Source: Mobula birostris (lineage: Eukaryota). Taken from it: a stretch of DNA of 64,000 nt. The position numbers and the translations under genes are program-made. The stretch lies in NCBI RefSeq assembly GCF_030028105.1, contig NC_092383.1, forward strand, positions 37,470,961-37,534,960. Reading direction: 5' to 3'. The notes under the pieces were generated by a model, which worked only from the letters and a program-made list of their open reading frames with translations, was not told the DNA's origin and made no database searches. Shown here piece after piece: positions 11,935 through 24,934 of the stretch; position 1 is the first letter of the stretch; each line of letters opens with the position of its first letter.

Positions 11935-12180
11935 CGCCTGCCTGTCCCCTACTTTACGCCACATTGTGTTCAGCTATGAACCTGCATTCATTGTCTTACG
12001 CTAGCTCACAATTAAGCAACCAACACATATATCTTTAGTATGTAGAGGAAACCGCCCCCCCCCAAGTGGAAACTCCGAGGGTTTACAGGGACACGTACAA
12101 TCTCCACACAGGTAGGCTGAGTTCAGGATTGAACACAGGTTACCAGCACTTAAAAGCGGCTTTGCAAGTTGCACAACTGT
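11935..12180 (-). mobile_element. V-SINE-like element
   Basis: Minus-strand V-domain GGAGTTTCCAC..GGTTTCCTCTACATACTAAAGA; decayed B box GTTCAATCC. Confidence 0.55.
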
Positions 12181-13454
12181 GTCAAGAGCTAGGCTGTTGT
12201 TTTTATGGCAGGAGGCTCCAACATGGGGCATAACTGAGTAATTCATAACCGAAGGATTCCCTTAACTATCAATAACTTTCACCATGCAACGATAACAGAA
12301 AAACTAAATTCCATCATGAAGAGCAGTTGAGATTGCAGTTGCCCATTACAAAAGTTCCATCTGTGAAGAGTTTTGGAAAACCAGATGTACTTTGAATGAA
12401 TAAGTTACCAGCAGAGTTACATTTTTCTATAATAAAATATATCATCTGGAAAATAAGGGCATGTAATCACTCATTGATAATGGGCTGCCACAGTAATGAA
12501 TGTGATCTGAAAACAATCGATATTCTGTGTAATACATATTTACTTTAATAAATTTTGTCTTGAAATGCTGTCTTTTATTAAGCATTGCTTTTTGCTTTGA
12601 CAGACTATGACAATTTTGTCATATAAATGACTGAAATCTTGCAGTACAGAGACAGAGCAGGTGTCCAACAGCAAATATATTTTATGCAATTCAAAGCCTT
12701 TGTGTGAAACAAAAATCATTTAACTCAGCTCTGCCTTTAATAGTCAAATGAATTTGTTACCATTTCTTAAAATGCCGCATATGCATTATCTAATTCCACC
12801 AGGAAGAATTACTGAACATTAGCATGAGGGAAACAACAGTGGGTTCTTTAGAAATATATGACTGTAGGTGTTAAGCAGGTTCACAATCATGCATGGCAAC
12901 TCGAGTTACAGTGTGGACGGTGGCCATTCATCCATAGGGTGGGATGGTAGCACAGCAGTTAACTCAATGCTTTACGGTGCCAGCGATCCAAGTTCAAACA
13001 TTCTCTCTGTGACCGTGGCACGCCCTAGATCCCATGGGCTTTTATTTCTTCAATTAATCTGCAATGTGAACCTTTTTAACTGTCGTCATGAAGTCAAAAT
13101 ACTGGGGCAAGGGCAAGTGCAAGTCAGTAGCAGATGCCCTCCCCTCTCGAAATTAAATTAATTTTGATAGGCAGAACCTTCCTTTGTTAAACTTATGCCT
13201 TGTTCTGTGATGAATTTGCTGCCCCTTTTCCCTTTTCAAATAACCTACCATTACTAAAGTTAGGTTAACTGCCACGTTGTAACATGATTTATCCACTTCT
13301 CGTTACAAACAATGGTACCTGATCACCAGAATTCCAGTCCTCCTACATTATCACTGCAGCTAAAACCATGCTCCCATTCCTCTCTTCTGTCTTTGTACAC
13401 TCTGGAATACATTTTATCCTGGCCTGTCAAGATAACACATTTTATTATCCATCA

Positions 13455-14320
13455 CTCTCTCACAGAACATAGTACAGGCTCTTCAGCCCAAAATCTTTTA
13501 ACCTACTCCAAAAATCTAACCTTTCCCTTCCACACAGCTCTCCATTTTTCTTTCATTCAGGTGCTTTTCTAAGTTTCTTGAATGGCCCTAATATATTTGC
13601 TTCTACCACCACCCTTGGCAGAGCGTTCCATGTACCCACTAATAGGCATTCGTTAGACTCATGCGCAGGCCTGGGCAAGGTTGTATGGAAGACCGTCAGT
13701 TGCCCATGCTGCAAGTCTCCCCTCTCCACGCCACCAATGTTGTCCAAGGGAAGGGCACTAAGGCCAATACAGCTTGGCACTGGTGTCATCGCAGAGCAAT
13801 GTGTGGTTAAGTGCATTGCTCAAGGACACAACACGTTGCTTCAGCTGAGGCTCGAACTAGCGACCTTTAGATCACTAGACGAACGCCTTAACCACTTGGC
13901 CACGTGCCAACGCATGTACCCACTACTCTGTGTAAAAAAACCTACCTCCGACATTACCCCCTATACTTTCCTTCGATGATCTCAACATTATGCCCTCTTG
14001 TATTAGCCACTCCTGCCCCGGACAAATGTCTCTAGCTATCCACTCTATTGATGCCTCTAATCATCTTGCACACCTCTATCAAGACACCCTTTATCCTCTT
14101 CTGCTCCAAAGAGAAAAGCCCTAAGTCACTCAACTTATCTTCATAAGACATGCTCTCTAATCCAGGCAGAATCCTGGTAAATCTCCTCTGCACCCTCTCT
14201 AAAGCTTCCACATCTGTTCTATAATGAGGCAGCCAAAACTAAACACAGTATTCCAAGTGTGGTCTAATCAGGGTTTTGTAGAGATATAACATTATCTCAC
14301 ATCTCCTGAACTCGATCCAT
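13455..14320 (-). mobile_element. CR1 3' fragment interrupted by a SINE
   Basis: Minus strand CACACTTGGAATACTGTGTTTAGTTTTGG (HLEYCVxFW) and GTGGGTACATGGAACGCTCTGCC. Confidence 0.8.
13642..13912 (-). mobile_element. tRNA-derived SINE with a CORE-like domain, relatively young
   Basis: 13-bp TSD CATGTACCCACTA (13629-13641, 13913-13925); A box TGGCCAAGTGG, B box GTTCGAGCC; CORE-like GTGTCCTTGAGCAATGCACTTAACC. Confidence 0.85.
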
Positions 14321-14324
14321 CAGT

Positions 14325-14665
14325 ATCATAAGGGGGCACAGGGAGCGGACACGAATGCAAGACAGAGACACTGCAGTTCTAGGAACAGGACTCAGTGTGT
14401 CAAGAAAGCAAGTGTCCTTTCTTCTCCAAAGGACACTGAACATTGACACAGGCCCTGGACAAGACTAGGATGCAGGGCCTGGGCTGGGACATGGACAGAA
14501 ACACGGAACCCGGACAAGGAACTAGGAACAAGGAGCCTGGACTAGGGATATGGGACTCCAAAACTAGAACCTGGACAAGGATCCGGAACCTGGGTCTTTG
14601 TTGGGACCTGGGTCTTGACTTGGAACCAGAATCCGGGTTTAGGCTAGGACAAGACGTGGCTATAA
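14325..14665. repeat. LTR-like fragment with short internal repeats (GGAACC/CTGGAC motifs)
   Basis: Recurrent ACTAGG, GGAACC and CTGGACAAG units; no coding signature. Confidence 0.35.
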
Positions 14666-14915
14666 AAAGGTAGGGGGAGGGGAAGGAGGCTAGCTAGAAG
14701 TTGCTAGGTGAGGCCAAGTGAGTGGGAAAGGTGAAGGACTGGAGAAGAAGGAATGTGACAGAAGAGGAGAGTAGACCATAGGAGAAAGGGAAGGAGGAGG
14801 GGATCCAGTAGAGGGTGAGAAGAGGTGAGAGGCCAGAGTGGGGGTAAGACACAAAATGCTGGAAGGACTCAGCTGGTCAAGCAACATCTATGGAAATGAA
14901 TAAACAGTCAACAGC
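14665..14915 (-). mobile_element. Penelope-derived short repeat fragments
   Basis: Purine-rich tract plus AATGCTGGAAGGACTCAGC..CATCTATGGAAA, homologous to 31620-31925 and 53815-54150. Confidence 0.7.
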
Positions 14916-16039
14916 TTTTCCAATAGCAGGTTGATAAAAACCCATTCTTTGGTCTCACCTCCTACAGCCTAAATACAGCTTCACAAGTGCTTCGTCTGTG
15001 GACATTATGGGGCAGCATTGCCCTCTGCTCTTCAGCTTCCTTGTTGCAGGACCCCTCAGCTTGATGACCTCTGCCATTCCCACTGCATTAAGGATGTCAC
15101 CGGAGAATCATAGTCATGGAAAGGAGATTTACTGACTTAGCCTTCAGCTCATAAGAGCAGTCAGATCAAGCACAGGAGATGTGCGCGAATCTGGACTCTG
15201 TATCTGCCCGAAGAGCATGCTTTCTGCACCTACAGACCTTCGCCAGCCTTCTACGCCTTTCCGATCTCTTTGTGAAAACCTATCCCTTATGTGGGAGCAA
15301 GTCTTCCTTGGGTGGAAGAGTGCTCCTTGTGTACTGGTTTGTGTGAAGTGTGTGTGTTAGGGGTTGGCAGCTGTGAGATCATGCAATAGATCAACAAAAT
15401 GTTTCAGGCTCGAAGTGACTCATTGCAGAGTAACAAAAGGGGCATCAATGCTGCCTCAGTAACCTTGCAATCAAACTTCACAATCTTTATGGAACTGTAA
15501 AGCAGTTTTAAGGGGAAACAAAGAACTGCTTCCATACGATGAAAATACAGTAAATCAATTTCTAGGTCTGTATGCCTGCGTAACTGTTGTTCATTATTTT
15601 AGAGTCATTCTGATTATACTGGTGTCAATGTGACTAATGTCCTTAATACCGTTCGATGTGTGACTAATATGCAATATGCTGGTAGCTATGATGAATGTCT
15701 ACACTACAGCCTCCTTGACTACAGTCTATTATATTGGTTCATCTGTCAACAAGGATTATTATACTGATAACTGTGGCTAATGTCCATCGATAAGTCACCT
15801 AATGCTCGCTGTTTTTGTTAATGCCTTCTAACTATTGCTCGTTATAATGTTATGAAAATAACAAAATTGAATAATTTTGTGAGCAAGAACTGAAGTTTCA
15901 TGGCAATGAGCTTCCATCATAAGTAGGACGTTTTTAAGATAACAAGAACTTTTGAGTTTCAGAGAAATAGGTGGATAAAACACAAAGGAACAGATGGTAG
16001 AAGTGATTAAGTGACAAAAGTACAAGATAAAGGAACTAA

Positions 16040-16604
16040 TGAAGAATGAACACACACCAGTCCTCAGAGAGAGATCAGAAGTGGAAAGGGTAAGGGATTT
16101 CAAGCTCTTGAGTGTCAACATCTCTGAACATCTTGAAGCCCAACATATCGATGCGGTTACAAAGCAGGCTATATTTCATTGGGAATTTGAGGAGATTTGG
16201 TATATCACCAAAAGACACTCTCAAATTTCTACTGGTGTACCGCGGAGAGCGTTCCGACAGGCTGCATCATTGTCTGGTGTGGGAGCAGAGGGGCTACTGC
16301 ACAGGATCGAAACAAGCTGCAGAGAGTTGTAAATTCAGTCAGCTCCATCATGGGCACCAGCCTCCCTAGTATCCAGGACATCTTTAAGGAGCGATGCCTC
16401 AAAAAGGTGGTACCATTACTAAGGAACCCCATCACCCAGGGCATGTCCTGTTCTTATTGCTACCATCAGAAAGGAGGTACAGAAGCCTGAAGGCACACAC
16501 TCAGTGATTCAGGTACAATGTCTTCATCTCTGCCATCCAGTTTCTGAATGGACATTAAACCCATGAACACTACCTCACTATATTTTCACTACTTAAGTAT
16601 TGTG

Positions 16605-16646
<42 letters not shown>

Positions 16647-16735
16647 TATGTACATTTACTGTAGTTCACAGTTTTAATTATTATGATAACAAGTTACATG
16701 ACACATGCCGGTGAGATTAAACCTGATTCTGATTT
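16040..16735 (+). mobile_element. Rex1/Babar-like LINE 3' fragment
   Basis: FKLLSVNIS, NFYWCTAESVPTGCIIVW..LQRVV; tail TAAACCTGATTCTGATT; internal (TG/TA)n at 16602-16650. Confidence 0.8.
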
Positions 16736-16829
16736 AATGATCAGCTTTGCCATAACAAACAGACAACAGAATAATTCAAACAGAAGAGACCACAGATGCT
16801 GGAATCTAAAACAAAAACAGAACTTTGGT

Positions 16830-17100
16830 AGAGCCATGCTGTTTCAGCTCAGGGGCTTTGGAGTTTGGAATTGAATCCCAGTGCCGGCTGTAAGGAGTTC
16901 GTAAGTCCTCCCCATGAACATGTGGGTTTCCTTTGGGTGCTCCAGTTTCCTCCCACATTCCACAGATGTATTGGTTAGTAGGTTAAGTGGTCATAGTAAC
17001 TTGCCCTGTGATATGGCTAGGGTTGAGTAGATGGGTTGCTGGGTAGTGTGGCTTGTTGAGCCAAAAGGGCCTGTTCCATATTGTATCTCTAAATAAATAA
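16830..17100 (+). mobile_element. V-SINE/HE1-like SINE nested in a Penelope-derived repeat (16778-16825 plus 17115-17195)
   Basis: TGTGGGTTTCCTTTGGGTGCTCCAGTTTCCTCCCACA V-domain; TAAATAAATAA tail. Confidence 0.8.
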
Positions 17101-18254
17101 ATATATTTTTTAAATCTCAGTGGGTCAGGCAGTATCCATGGAAGCAGAAGTTGCAAGTTGACCTGTTGGGTTGAGACCCTTTGTTAGGACTGCTTCTTCT
17201 GGAAAGTGTTTGGGTTCCTGAATGGCAGAAGGGAGGCAGGTTATAGGATAGCTGTGGCAACCCCTGTTGTTGTTCCGGAAGGTATTAACTATTGTCAATT
17301 TCAGCAAGGGACTGTCCTCTGATTACTCTCAGATATCGGTAATTTTCGACCCCCCCCCCAGTTTCTTTTAGGAGTCCAAGAATAAGTCAAAACTTGTTTC
17401 TTCAATGATCATCTATTTAAAGTTTAAACAAAGGAGCAGATGCAGAACATATGAACTAAAGGAACACACAGAACAAAGAAACACAAAAAAAGGTGGCACT
17501 TTTGAAAAATCTAGCTCCTTTGTCATTCTGATAAGATAAATTCCTAGATAAGAGAATCGAAGTACAGCACATGTATAATGTGCTAACACTTAGCCAATTA
17601 AAAATAAAAATGTGACAAACCATTATGACACTTCCATGCTACATTTCTGCCAGTAAGTGGAGGTAAAACACCACATATTGTAAAAAAAATTATGAGTTTG
17701 TTAAAAATACAAATTGTGTCAGTAAAGAACGAAGCTACAATTTTAGTCTTGCATTTATTCAACTAATATCTTATGAAAAGCATAAAAAATGACTGATTCC
17801 AACATTACCAATACTCTCCTCAGTTGATGAATTAGTGGTGCTCCACGTTGACCAACTTTTGGAAGAAGCATTGAAGTAGCAAAGGTATAGAATATAGGGA
17901 CTTCAGTGTCCCTCACGAGAGATGGGCTGGTGGTGGCACCACACATCATCCTGGTCAGGCACTGCAGTATACAACTGCCAGACATGCTCTGTGGCAGACA
18001 GTGACCAAAGGGGATAATCTTATAAATGTGTCTTCACAGGTCTATCTAAGGTGGGTGTGTCTATCCTCAACAGTATCAATTGAAGGGAGCACTGAACTGT
18101 ACTATGGAGACAAAGTCCTGTTTTCCCATTCAGTTGTGTGGTACTACAAGCACGTTAAATTAAACTGACTCAGATAGATCTAAGCAGGGCATCCATGAAG
18201 CAATGTGGACCACGGCAGCTGAATGGAAGAAGGCAAAGAGTGGGAAGTGACCTT

Positions 18255-19270
18255 TTCTAGTTGGGTGATGGTAACTAATGGTTTTCCACGTCGGTCTCTG
18301 TTGGGCTTGCTAACTTTTCACATGATATGTTAATGATCTGGATGATGGAATTGATGGCTTTGTGGCCCAGTTTGCGGATGACACAGATATAAGTGGAGGT
18401 GCAGTTAGCGCTGAGAAAGCAGTGTGTCTGCGGAAGGACATGGACAGATTAGGAGAATGGGCAAAGAAAAGGCAGATGGAATACAGTGTATGAAAGTGCC
18501 CGGCCATACGTTTTGGTAGAAGGAATAAAGGCATAGACTGTTTTTTAAAAAGTGGAGAAAGTTCATAAATCCGAGGTGTGAAGTGACATGAAAATCCTCT
18601 CTAAAGGTTAACTTGCAGATTGAGTCGGTGGTAAGGAGGGAAAATACAATGTTAGCATTCATTTCAAGTGGTCAAAAACATCAAAACAAGGATGTAATGC
18701 TGAGACTTTATAAGCTGTTGGTCAGAGTATATTTGGAATATGGTCAGCAGTTTTGGGTCCTGTATCTAAGAAAAGATGTGTTGGCTTTGCAAAGGGTCCG
18801 GAGGAGGTTTATGAGAATGATCCCGGGAATGAAAGGATTAACACGTGAGTAGTGGCTTGTTGGCTCTAGCCCTGAACTCACTGGAGTTTAGAAGAATGAG
18901 AAAGGAGCCTCATTCAAACCTACTGAATACTGAAAGCCTAGATAGAGTGGGCATGGAGAGGATGTTTCCATTAGTGGGAGAGTCTATGAGACAAGATAGT
19001 CTCAGAATACAAGGACAAAGATGAGGTGGAATATCTTTAGCCGGAGGTTGGTGGATCTGATGAATGTATTGCCAAAGACATCTGTGGAGGCCATGTCACT
19101 GGGTATATTTAAAGCGAAGGTTGACAGGTCCTTAATTATTAAGGGTGTCTAAGGTTACGGGGAGAAGGCAGGTGAACAGGGTTGAGAGAGAAAATAAATT
19201 CATGAGCGAACAGCAGAGCAGTCTTAATGGGCTGAATGGTCTAATTTTCTCCTATGTCTTATGGTCTTAT
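18255..19270 (+). mobile_element. CR1 RT and 3' end
   Basis: YVNDLD, QFADDT, LVRVYLEYGQQFW; CTATGTCTTATGGTCTTAT tail. Confidence 0.9.
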
Positions 19271-19368
19271 CACAGCACCAAAAATGGATACCACCACAAT
19301 CTGTCACCTTGCTGCCTGATATATCTCTCATTGCCACTATCAGGGTTCAGTCTGCGACTACACGCGTG

Positions 19369-19407
19369 CTAAACCTAATCCTAATCCTAACCCCAACCCT
19401 AACCCTA
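19369..19407. repeat. Degenerate telomere-like (CCCTAA)n tract
   Basis: CTAAACCTAATCCTAATCCTAACCCCAACCCTAACCCTA. Confidence 0.6.
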
Positions 19408-20059
19408 TTGCATGCTAAGCAGAAAAGCAGCATGCAGCACGAATGGATCAAATCAAATCTCTACAATCTGTCCACACACAGTTAGGACTGACGATGAACA
19501 ATAAATAAATTACTGGAGAAAGGTGCTCCTGGATCCTGCTTGCTGGTGGCCCCCACAAAAAAATTGCTAAAGCATTCGCGATGACATCTAGCCCGAAGTG
19601 CCAAACACTGTGGATGATATATGCATTTAAAAATTATATTCAAACGTATAACAGTAAAGAAGCTGAAGCAGTGACTCAAAGGAATGCATCACAGTTCTCA
19701 ATAGAGTGATATTCCAATGAGGAGCAAACGCTCTGTGAGAGAGCTGATGCATTTATGACTAAGTCATGAAATTAAGAATGGTACAAATCTAATAAACTTA
19801 TTCAATATAATTGACTTTTCCTTGAACCATGATGACTATGCCTAATCACGTTACAATTGCCTTTACTGTGCAGAAATCCAAGCTCTAAAAGACCTTCGAG
19901 AACGTGGACAGGCTTTGACAGACAGAGATATCTAAAAATTACCATGAGGGTCATATGGCATGACAATATGTTTTAACATATATGGTGCTATCCAGATGTC
20001 GAAATGAAAAATAAACTGGGGGGGGGGGCCAAGAATTTCTGTCGATGCAGGAAATCTTG

Positions 20060-20170
20060 ATCCCCTTCATTTCCAGTCCTGATGAAGGTTCCCAGTTCAA
20101 AGCATCAACGGTCCATCTTCCTCCGTGCTGCCTTACCTGCTGGGTCCCTCTGGCATTTTGTGTGTGTTGT
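20060..20170 (+). mobile_element. Penelope-derived short repeat with a decayed hammerhead
   Basis: CAGTC-CTGATGA-AGG at 20074-20088 followed by the family 3' sequence. Confidence 0.7.
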
Positions 20171-20187
20171 TCACATAACAACCGGAC

Positions 20188-20527
20188 TGGCCATCGTTAA
20201 GCAGGAAGAGGTTTCAGAGCAATCCCCTTCACCAGCCCAGATATAATTACTAGCATTTGGCATCCTAACTGTGTCATGAATGGCCACAAGCCGGGCCCTG
20301 AAGGGAGGAGGGCTGGGTGTTGGACTAGCAATCCAACCCATAAAAAAACCAGTGCTACTCAAATGCCAACAAAAGCCTCAAAGACTTCATCCCTAAGAGA
20401 GGGGGGATCTTCAAAGCTGGGCTACACCAGGGGACAATTTGAAAGATTGGACCAGGATGGAGGAGCCTGGCAATCTACTGTTGGTGTCTTGTGCCCCAGT
20501 AGGGGAGATGGGTTTAGGCAAGTAAGA
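20188..20527 (+). mobile_element. Non-autonomous RTE-type short element with a twister-like 5' motif
   Basis: GCCACAAGCC..GGAGGAGGGCTGGG followed by CCCATAAAAAAACC; 3' end TGTGCCCCAGTAGGGG..GCAAGTAAG like (TAAG)n RTE tails. Confidence 0.55.
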
Positions 20528-20654
20528 ATTTGACATTGTGGTATAAAACTATAATTGTGACTCTATAACTACATCAAGTACTATAAAAAAGAGATGGATT
20601 CCTATTGTGTTTTCTTGGTTTTCTCTTAAGACTTCCTTTATCTCTAAGTATTTC

Positions 20655-20765
20655 TGGTTCTGATGAAAGGTTATTGACCTGAAATGTGAATTCTTCTGCA
20701 GTTGCTGCCTGATCTGCTCAGTGTTAGCAGCATTTTTATTTTGATTTCAGATTTTCAGAATCAGA
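20655..20765 (+). mobile_element. Penelope-derived short repeat with a hammerhead core
   Basis: CTGATGA(20660-66), AAGGTT-ATT-GACCT, GAAA(20681-84). Confidence 0.65.
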
Positions 20766-20944
20766 ATATGGAGTCACACACAGGTCAGACTGGGTAAAGA
20801 CAGCCAATTTCTTCCCCTGAGGAATGATGATAAAGTTTGACACATCAGTTCTATGCCACAAAGCATTTGAATGCTGCAGTAACAAATGGTGTCTACCTCA
20901 GAGTCTGGGGAAAAGCAGTCTGGAATGGGGAAGGAGGAGGGGGT

Positions 20945-21430
20945 GGGATCCTTATCAATGAAGCTGATGTAGAGATGGTTAACAGTTTTGCTACTTGTCA
21001 ATCAGCTCACCAGTAACCTCACCTGGGTCCATCCATCAAGGAAGCACACCAGTATATGTACTTTCTTAGGCTCCTGAGAAGATTCAGATCGTCTTTGAGG
21101 ATTCTCCTGAAGCTCTGCAAATGCACTGTAGAAAGCATCCTGATGGATTGCGAGCCAGTATGCTGTGACAACAGCTCTGCTCTGGGCTGATAGAACCTAT
21201 ACAGATCGATAAACATTGTTTAGCCCATCACAGGCTGGTCACTTTGCCTTTCACCCAGTCCATCTTCTCTGTCCATTGCTTCAGGAAGGTTGATTGCATC
21301 GTCAGGAATGCATGCCACCTAGTTATTCCTTTTTCTCTCTTCTACCCTTCAGGAGGATATCTAGAATTAAGATCAGCTTCCCCCCTCCTGCTATCAGAGA
21401 GTGGAATTCTGAATCAATTACCTCCTTCAC
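20945..21430 (+). mobile_element. Rex/Babar-like LINE fragment, decayed
   Basis: TGCACTGTAGAAAGCATCCTG (CTVESIL), TACTTTCTTAGG (YFLR). Confidence 0.65.
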
Positions 21431-21487
21431 AGTGGTGCCACCATGTTCTCAGGCTCTCAGTTCAATCTCTCGGTTATTTCATCATTT

Positions 21488-22300
21488 TCAAAGGATTTAA
21501 AGTACATTTATTATCAAAGTACGTACAAGTTATACAACCTTGAGATTCATCTGCTTACAGGCACCTACAAAGCAAGAAACCTGAAAGAACTCAATTAAAA
21601 AAAGACCAACACCCAATGCGTGGAGAGAGAAAAATACACAAATCATGCAAGCAACAGCATTTCGAAGCAAATTAAGTCCATAGACATGGATCCTAGAGTA
21701 GGCCCGTAGCCTCAGTCTCAGTTCATCACTGCAAAGCTCAAAGACGTGAAGTACATAGCAACTGGAACAGTCTCACAGCCTCAGAGCCGTGGAGAGAGGA
21801 GAAAATATCGTAGAAGAGTGAGTGAATTGACCTGACACTCGCCTCTGGTCCTGACACCCTGCCTTTTCAGACTATCTGGGTTGATATGTAAATCATCCAA
21901 ACATCGGAACGTACCGCGCACCAGGACCCAGGCCCTGCCGCAGTGATACGGCCTAGGCCTTGACCTCACCACCCAGGCCAAGGCTGTTCTTGGCCTTTCC
22001 AAATTGGCTTGGCACTTAGATCAATCCTGGTTTAGGTGGACAGGCACTGAAGCTACTCCGCCTCGACTCCTCTCTGATTTGCTCTCCAACTCCGACACCA
22101 TCAAAACACGTTATACCTTGACCTTGCTCCGCACCAGCACCACTCAGGCCTAGAGTCAGCATTCGCTAGCCTCTTTGTCTGTGATGATAGTTTACCACGA
22201 CTCACCTCAGAAAATGCTTTATTGATAATTTTTAGCCGTACGTTTTGCCTTCTGAACTACTAGTAAGCTGTCGTCCAACTTTAGTAGCACCACCTTAAAC
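21488..22300 (-). mobile_element. Non-autonomous LINE-tail element
   Basis: Minus-strand tail TTTGATAATAAATGTACTTT is shared with 39103-39122; non-coding GC-rich body. Confidence 0.6.
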
Positions 22301-22974
22301 GAGAAGTTAGCACGTCTTCTTGCACCACTTCAGTCTGCACTACAACCTTGGCATCATTTTGTGCTGGTCGCTGTGTTTTTATTGCCCTGTGAACCGCTTA
22401 CTATGTGAGCATCGTACTAGCAAGGCGCTTCATCACACCCTGGTGTATATGACATTAAACTAATCCGAGTGCGTGGATCTGGGCATCACAAATGAAGCAG
22501 AAGAACAAACAATAGAATTGGGTCCAGTTGTGGATGGCCAGGCAGTACAGAACACAGGAGAGACTCTGAACAGCAGCGTACAGAGAACAGTGCCAGAGGC
22601 AGTCTGAGATTGGCAGACTCTGTACCTCCAGGGTGACTTCAGTTCTCTTGTACTTTACGGCTTAAGAAAGAAAAGGGTTGTAACTGAACGAGCATCCTCC
22701 TCTGGTAATCCTTGATGGACAGATCCTGTCACTGCTGCTGAGATGTGCCTTCTCGCGGTGGAAGTACCCTCCAGACATTGACAGCAGTGTACGGAAAGTC
22801 AGTGCTGACACAGTCCGAGGGACAGCAGTAATGGAGTCAAGGAGCCAAGTATAAGGAATGTTGTAAGTCACTCTCACGACGCCTGACAGGGCAGAATGAC
22901 AATCTACGGAAACAGAGACTACTCATTTCCAGAAAATACATGTAAATATATTCATGATCAGCGTACCTTGTGGA

Positions 22975-23707
22975 AGAAGGAGCTGGCGGTAGACCTGAGG
23001 AGAGCTAAGGTACTGGCGACCCCTGTTTCCATCCAGGGGGTCAGTGTGGACATGGTGGAGGATTACAAATACCTGGGGATACGAATTGACAATAAACTGG
23101 ACTGGTCAAAGAACACTGAGGCTGTCTACAAGAAGGGTCAGAGCCATCTCTATTTCCTGAGGAGACTGAGGTTCTTTAACATCTGTTGGACGATGCTGAG
23201 GATGTTCTACGAGTCTGTGGTGGCCAGTGCGATCATGTTTGCTGTTGTGTGCTGGGGCAGCAGGCTGAGGGTAGCAGACACCAACGGAATCAACAAACTC
23301 ATTCGTAAGGCCAGTGATGTTGTGGGGATGGAACTGGACTCTCTGACGGTGGTGTCTGAAAAGAGGATGCTGTCTAAGTTGCATGCCATCTTGGACAATG
23401 TCTCCCATCCACTACATAATGTACTGGGTGGGCACGGGAGTACATTCAGCCAGAGACTCATTCCACCAAGATGCAACACAGAGTGTGATAGGAGGTCATT
23501 CCTGCCTGTGGCCATCAAACTTTACAATTCCTCCCTTGGAGGGTCAGACACCCTGAGCCAATAGGCTGGTCCTGGACTTATTTCCTGGCATAATTTACAT
23601 ATTACTATTTAATTATTTATGATTTTATTACTATTTAATTATTTATGGTGCAACTGTAACGAAAACCAATTTCCCCCGTGATCAATAAAGTATGACTATG
23701 ACTATGA
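22975..23707 (+). mobile_element. Rex1/Babar LINE 3' end with an open RT C-terminal frame (ORF 22896-23564)
   Basis: KELAVDLRR, YKYLGIRID, LYFLRRLR, FYESVVASA; AATAAAG plus (TATGAC)n tail. Confidence 0.9.
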
Positions 23708-24934
23708 AATAGTTCAGATTGTTAAATAAAAATCTGATCAAATGTAACATGGCCATTTCAGATTGCTTGGTGGCTGGAGTGCAGGTGGAGGCAGGAACAG
23801 ATTGGAACCATTGTCACATTAACCACATCTTCTCCTAGCCCAACCCCTCTGTGACAGAAGGGCCTCTCACTGTGTTTATCTCAGGCTCATCCACCCTAAT
23901 GTCCAGTGAGAATACTTCTTTAAACTCAGTTTATCCATCCCTCACTGCCCAAATAATCACACACACACACACACACAAACTCACAAACCAAGCCTTCTAC
24001 ACCCATCCTCTTAGGCTCTGTGACCTACAATGGCTCCCAGCCGGCTTTTAAAATTATTGTCCTTATTAACTTTGGATCAAATGCTTGAAAAGGAAATATG
24101 GACTTGTTTAGTTTTCAAAACTGATCAGTAACTTGGCATGGCAAAAAAAATGGTTCTTTAAAATTTAAAGAATTTTCAGAATATTGTGAACAGTGACAGG
24201 CCCGGTCAAGGTCATTCTAACTTTCCATGCTTTGGCAAGAAATGGATTGACATCGAGAATGTTGGTGATTGAATACTTAAGTCCAATGTCTCTAAGATGG
24301 GTATAAAAGATCCTAATGAAGATTGGGAAAGTGATCAATGTTTTCCTGGAGAAGAAATATCACAGAAATAGCATCAGTAAAGCAAATCACTTGGTGTTTT
24401 TATCTCATTTTTCTTTGTGGCTTCTTGCTGAGTGGCAATTGGCCTCTACACTTCTTACTTTACAACAGTGATTGCACTTCCAAAGTTTTTAACAGGTTTT
24501 AAGGTGATTTGGAACACACTGAGCTCATGAAAGGCTCGGTATAATTGAATGCAGTTCTTTCTTCATAAGGAGCTCACTGTGGAAATCTGGCTCTGTTCTC
24601 CCATTAATTGATTATCCTGAAATCTTTTGTGATTCTTACCTGTTTTTCTAACACAAACCACCAATGGACAAGAGGAAGAGCGTGCTTCCCAAACTGTATC
24701 CTTCTACATTCACTGATTCTTTCTTTCTTAGTAAACGTAGTTCTTCATGAAGCAAGTATGTGAAATACTGAACAGAATAGAAGAGGATAATGTATAAACA
24801 ATTCTCTGGTTAGACGACATCAATACAATTAAGCTGAAAGGAAATGTAAGATAGCATCGGTGGCTATTCTATCAGAAAAGAATATCTATGTACATCAGTA
24901 AAGCTGTTTTTGGAGACACTTTTATTCACAAACA

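Noticed and set aside
22896-23564. 222-aa ORF (also 61420-62139 and 7226-8698) as host genes
   Set aside because: All are LINE RT C-terminal fragments with diagnostic motifs and LINE tails.
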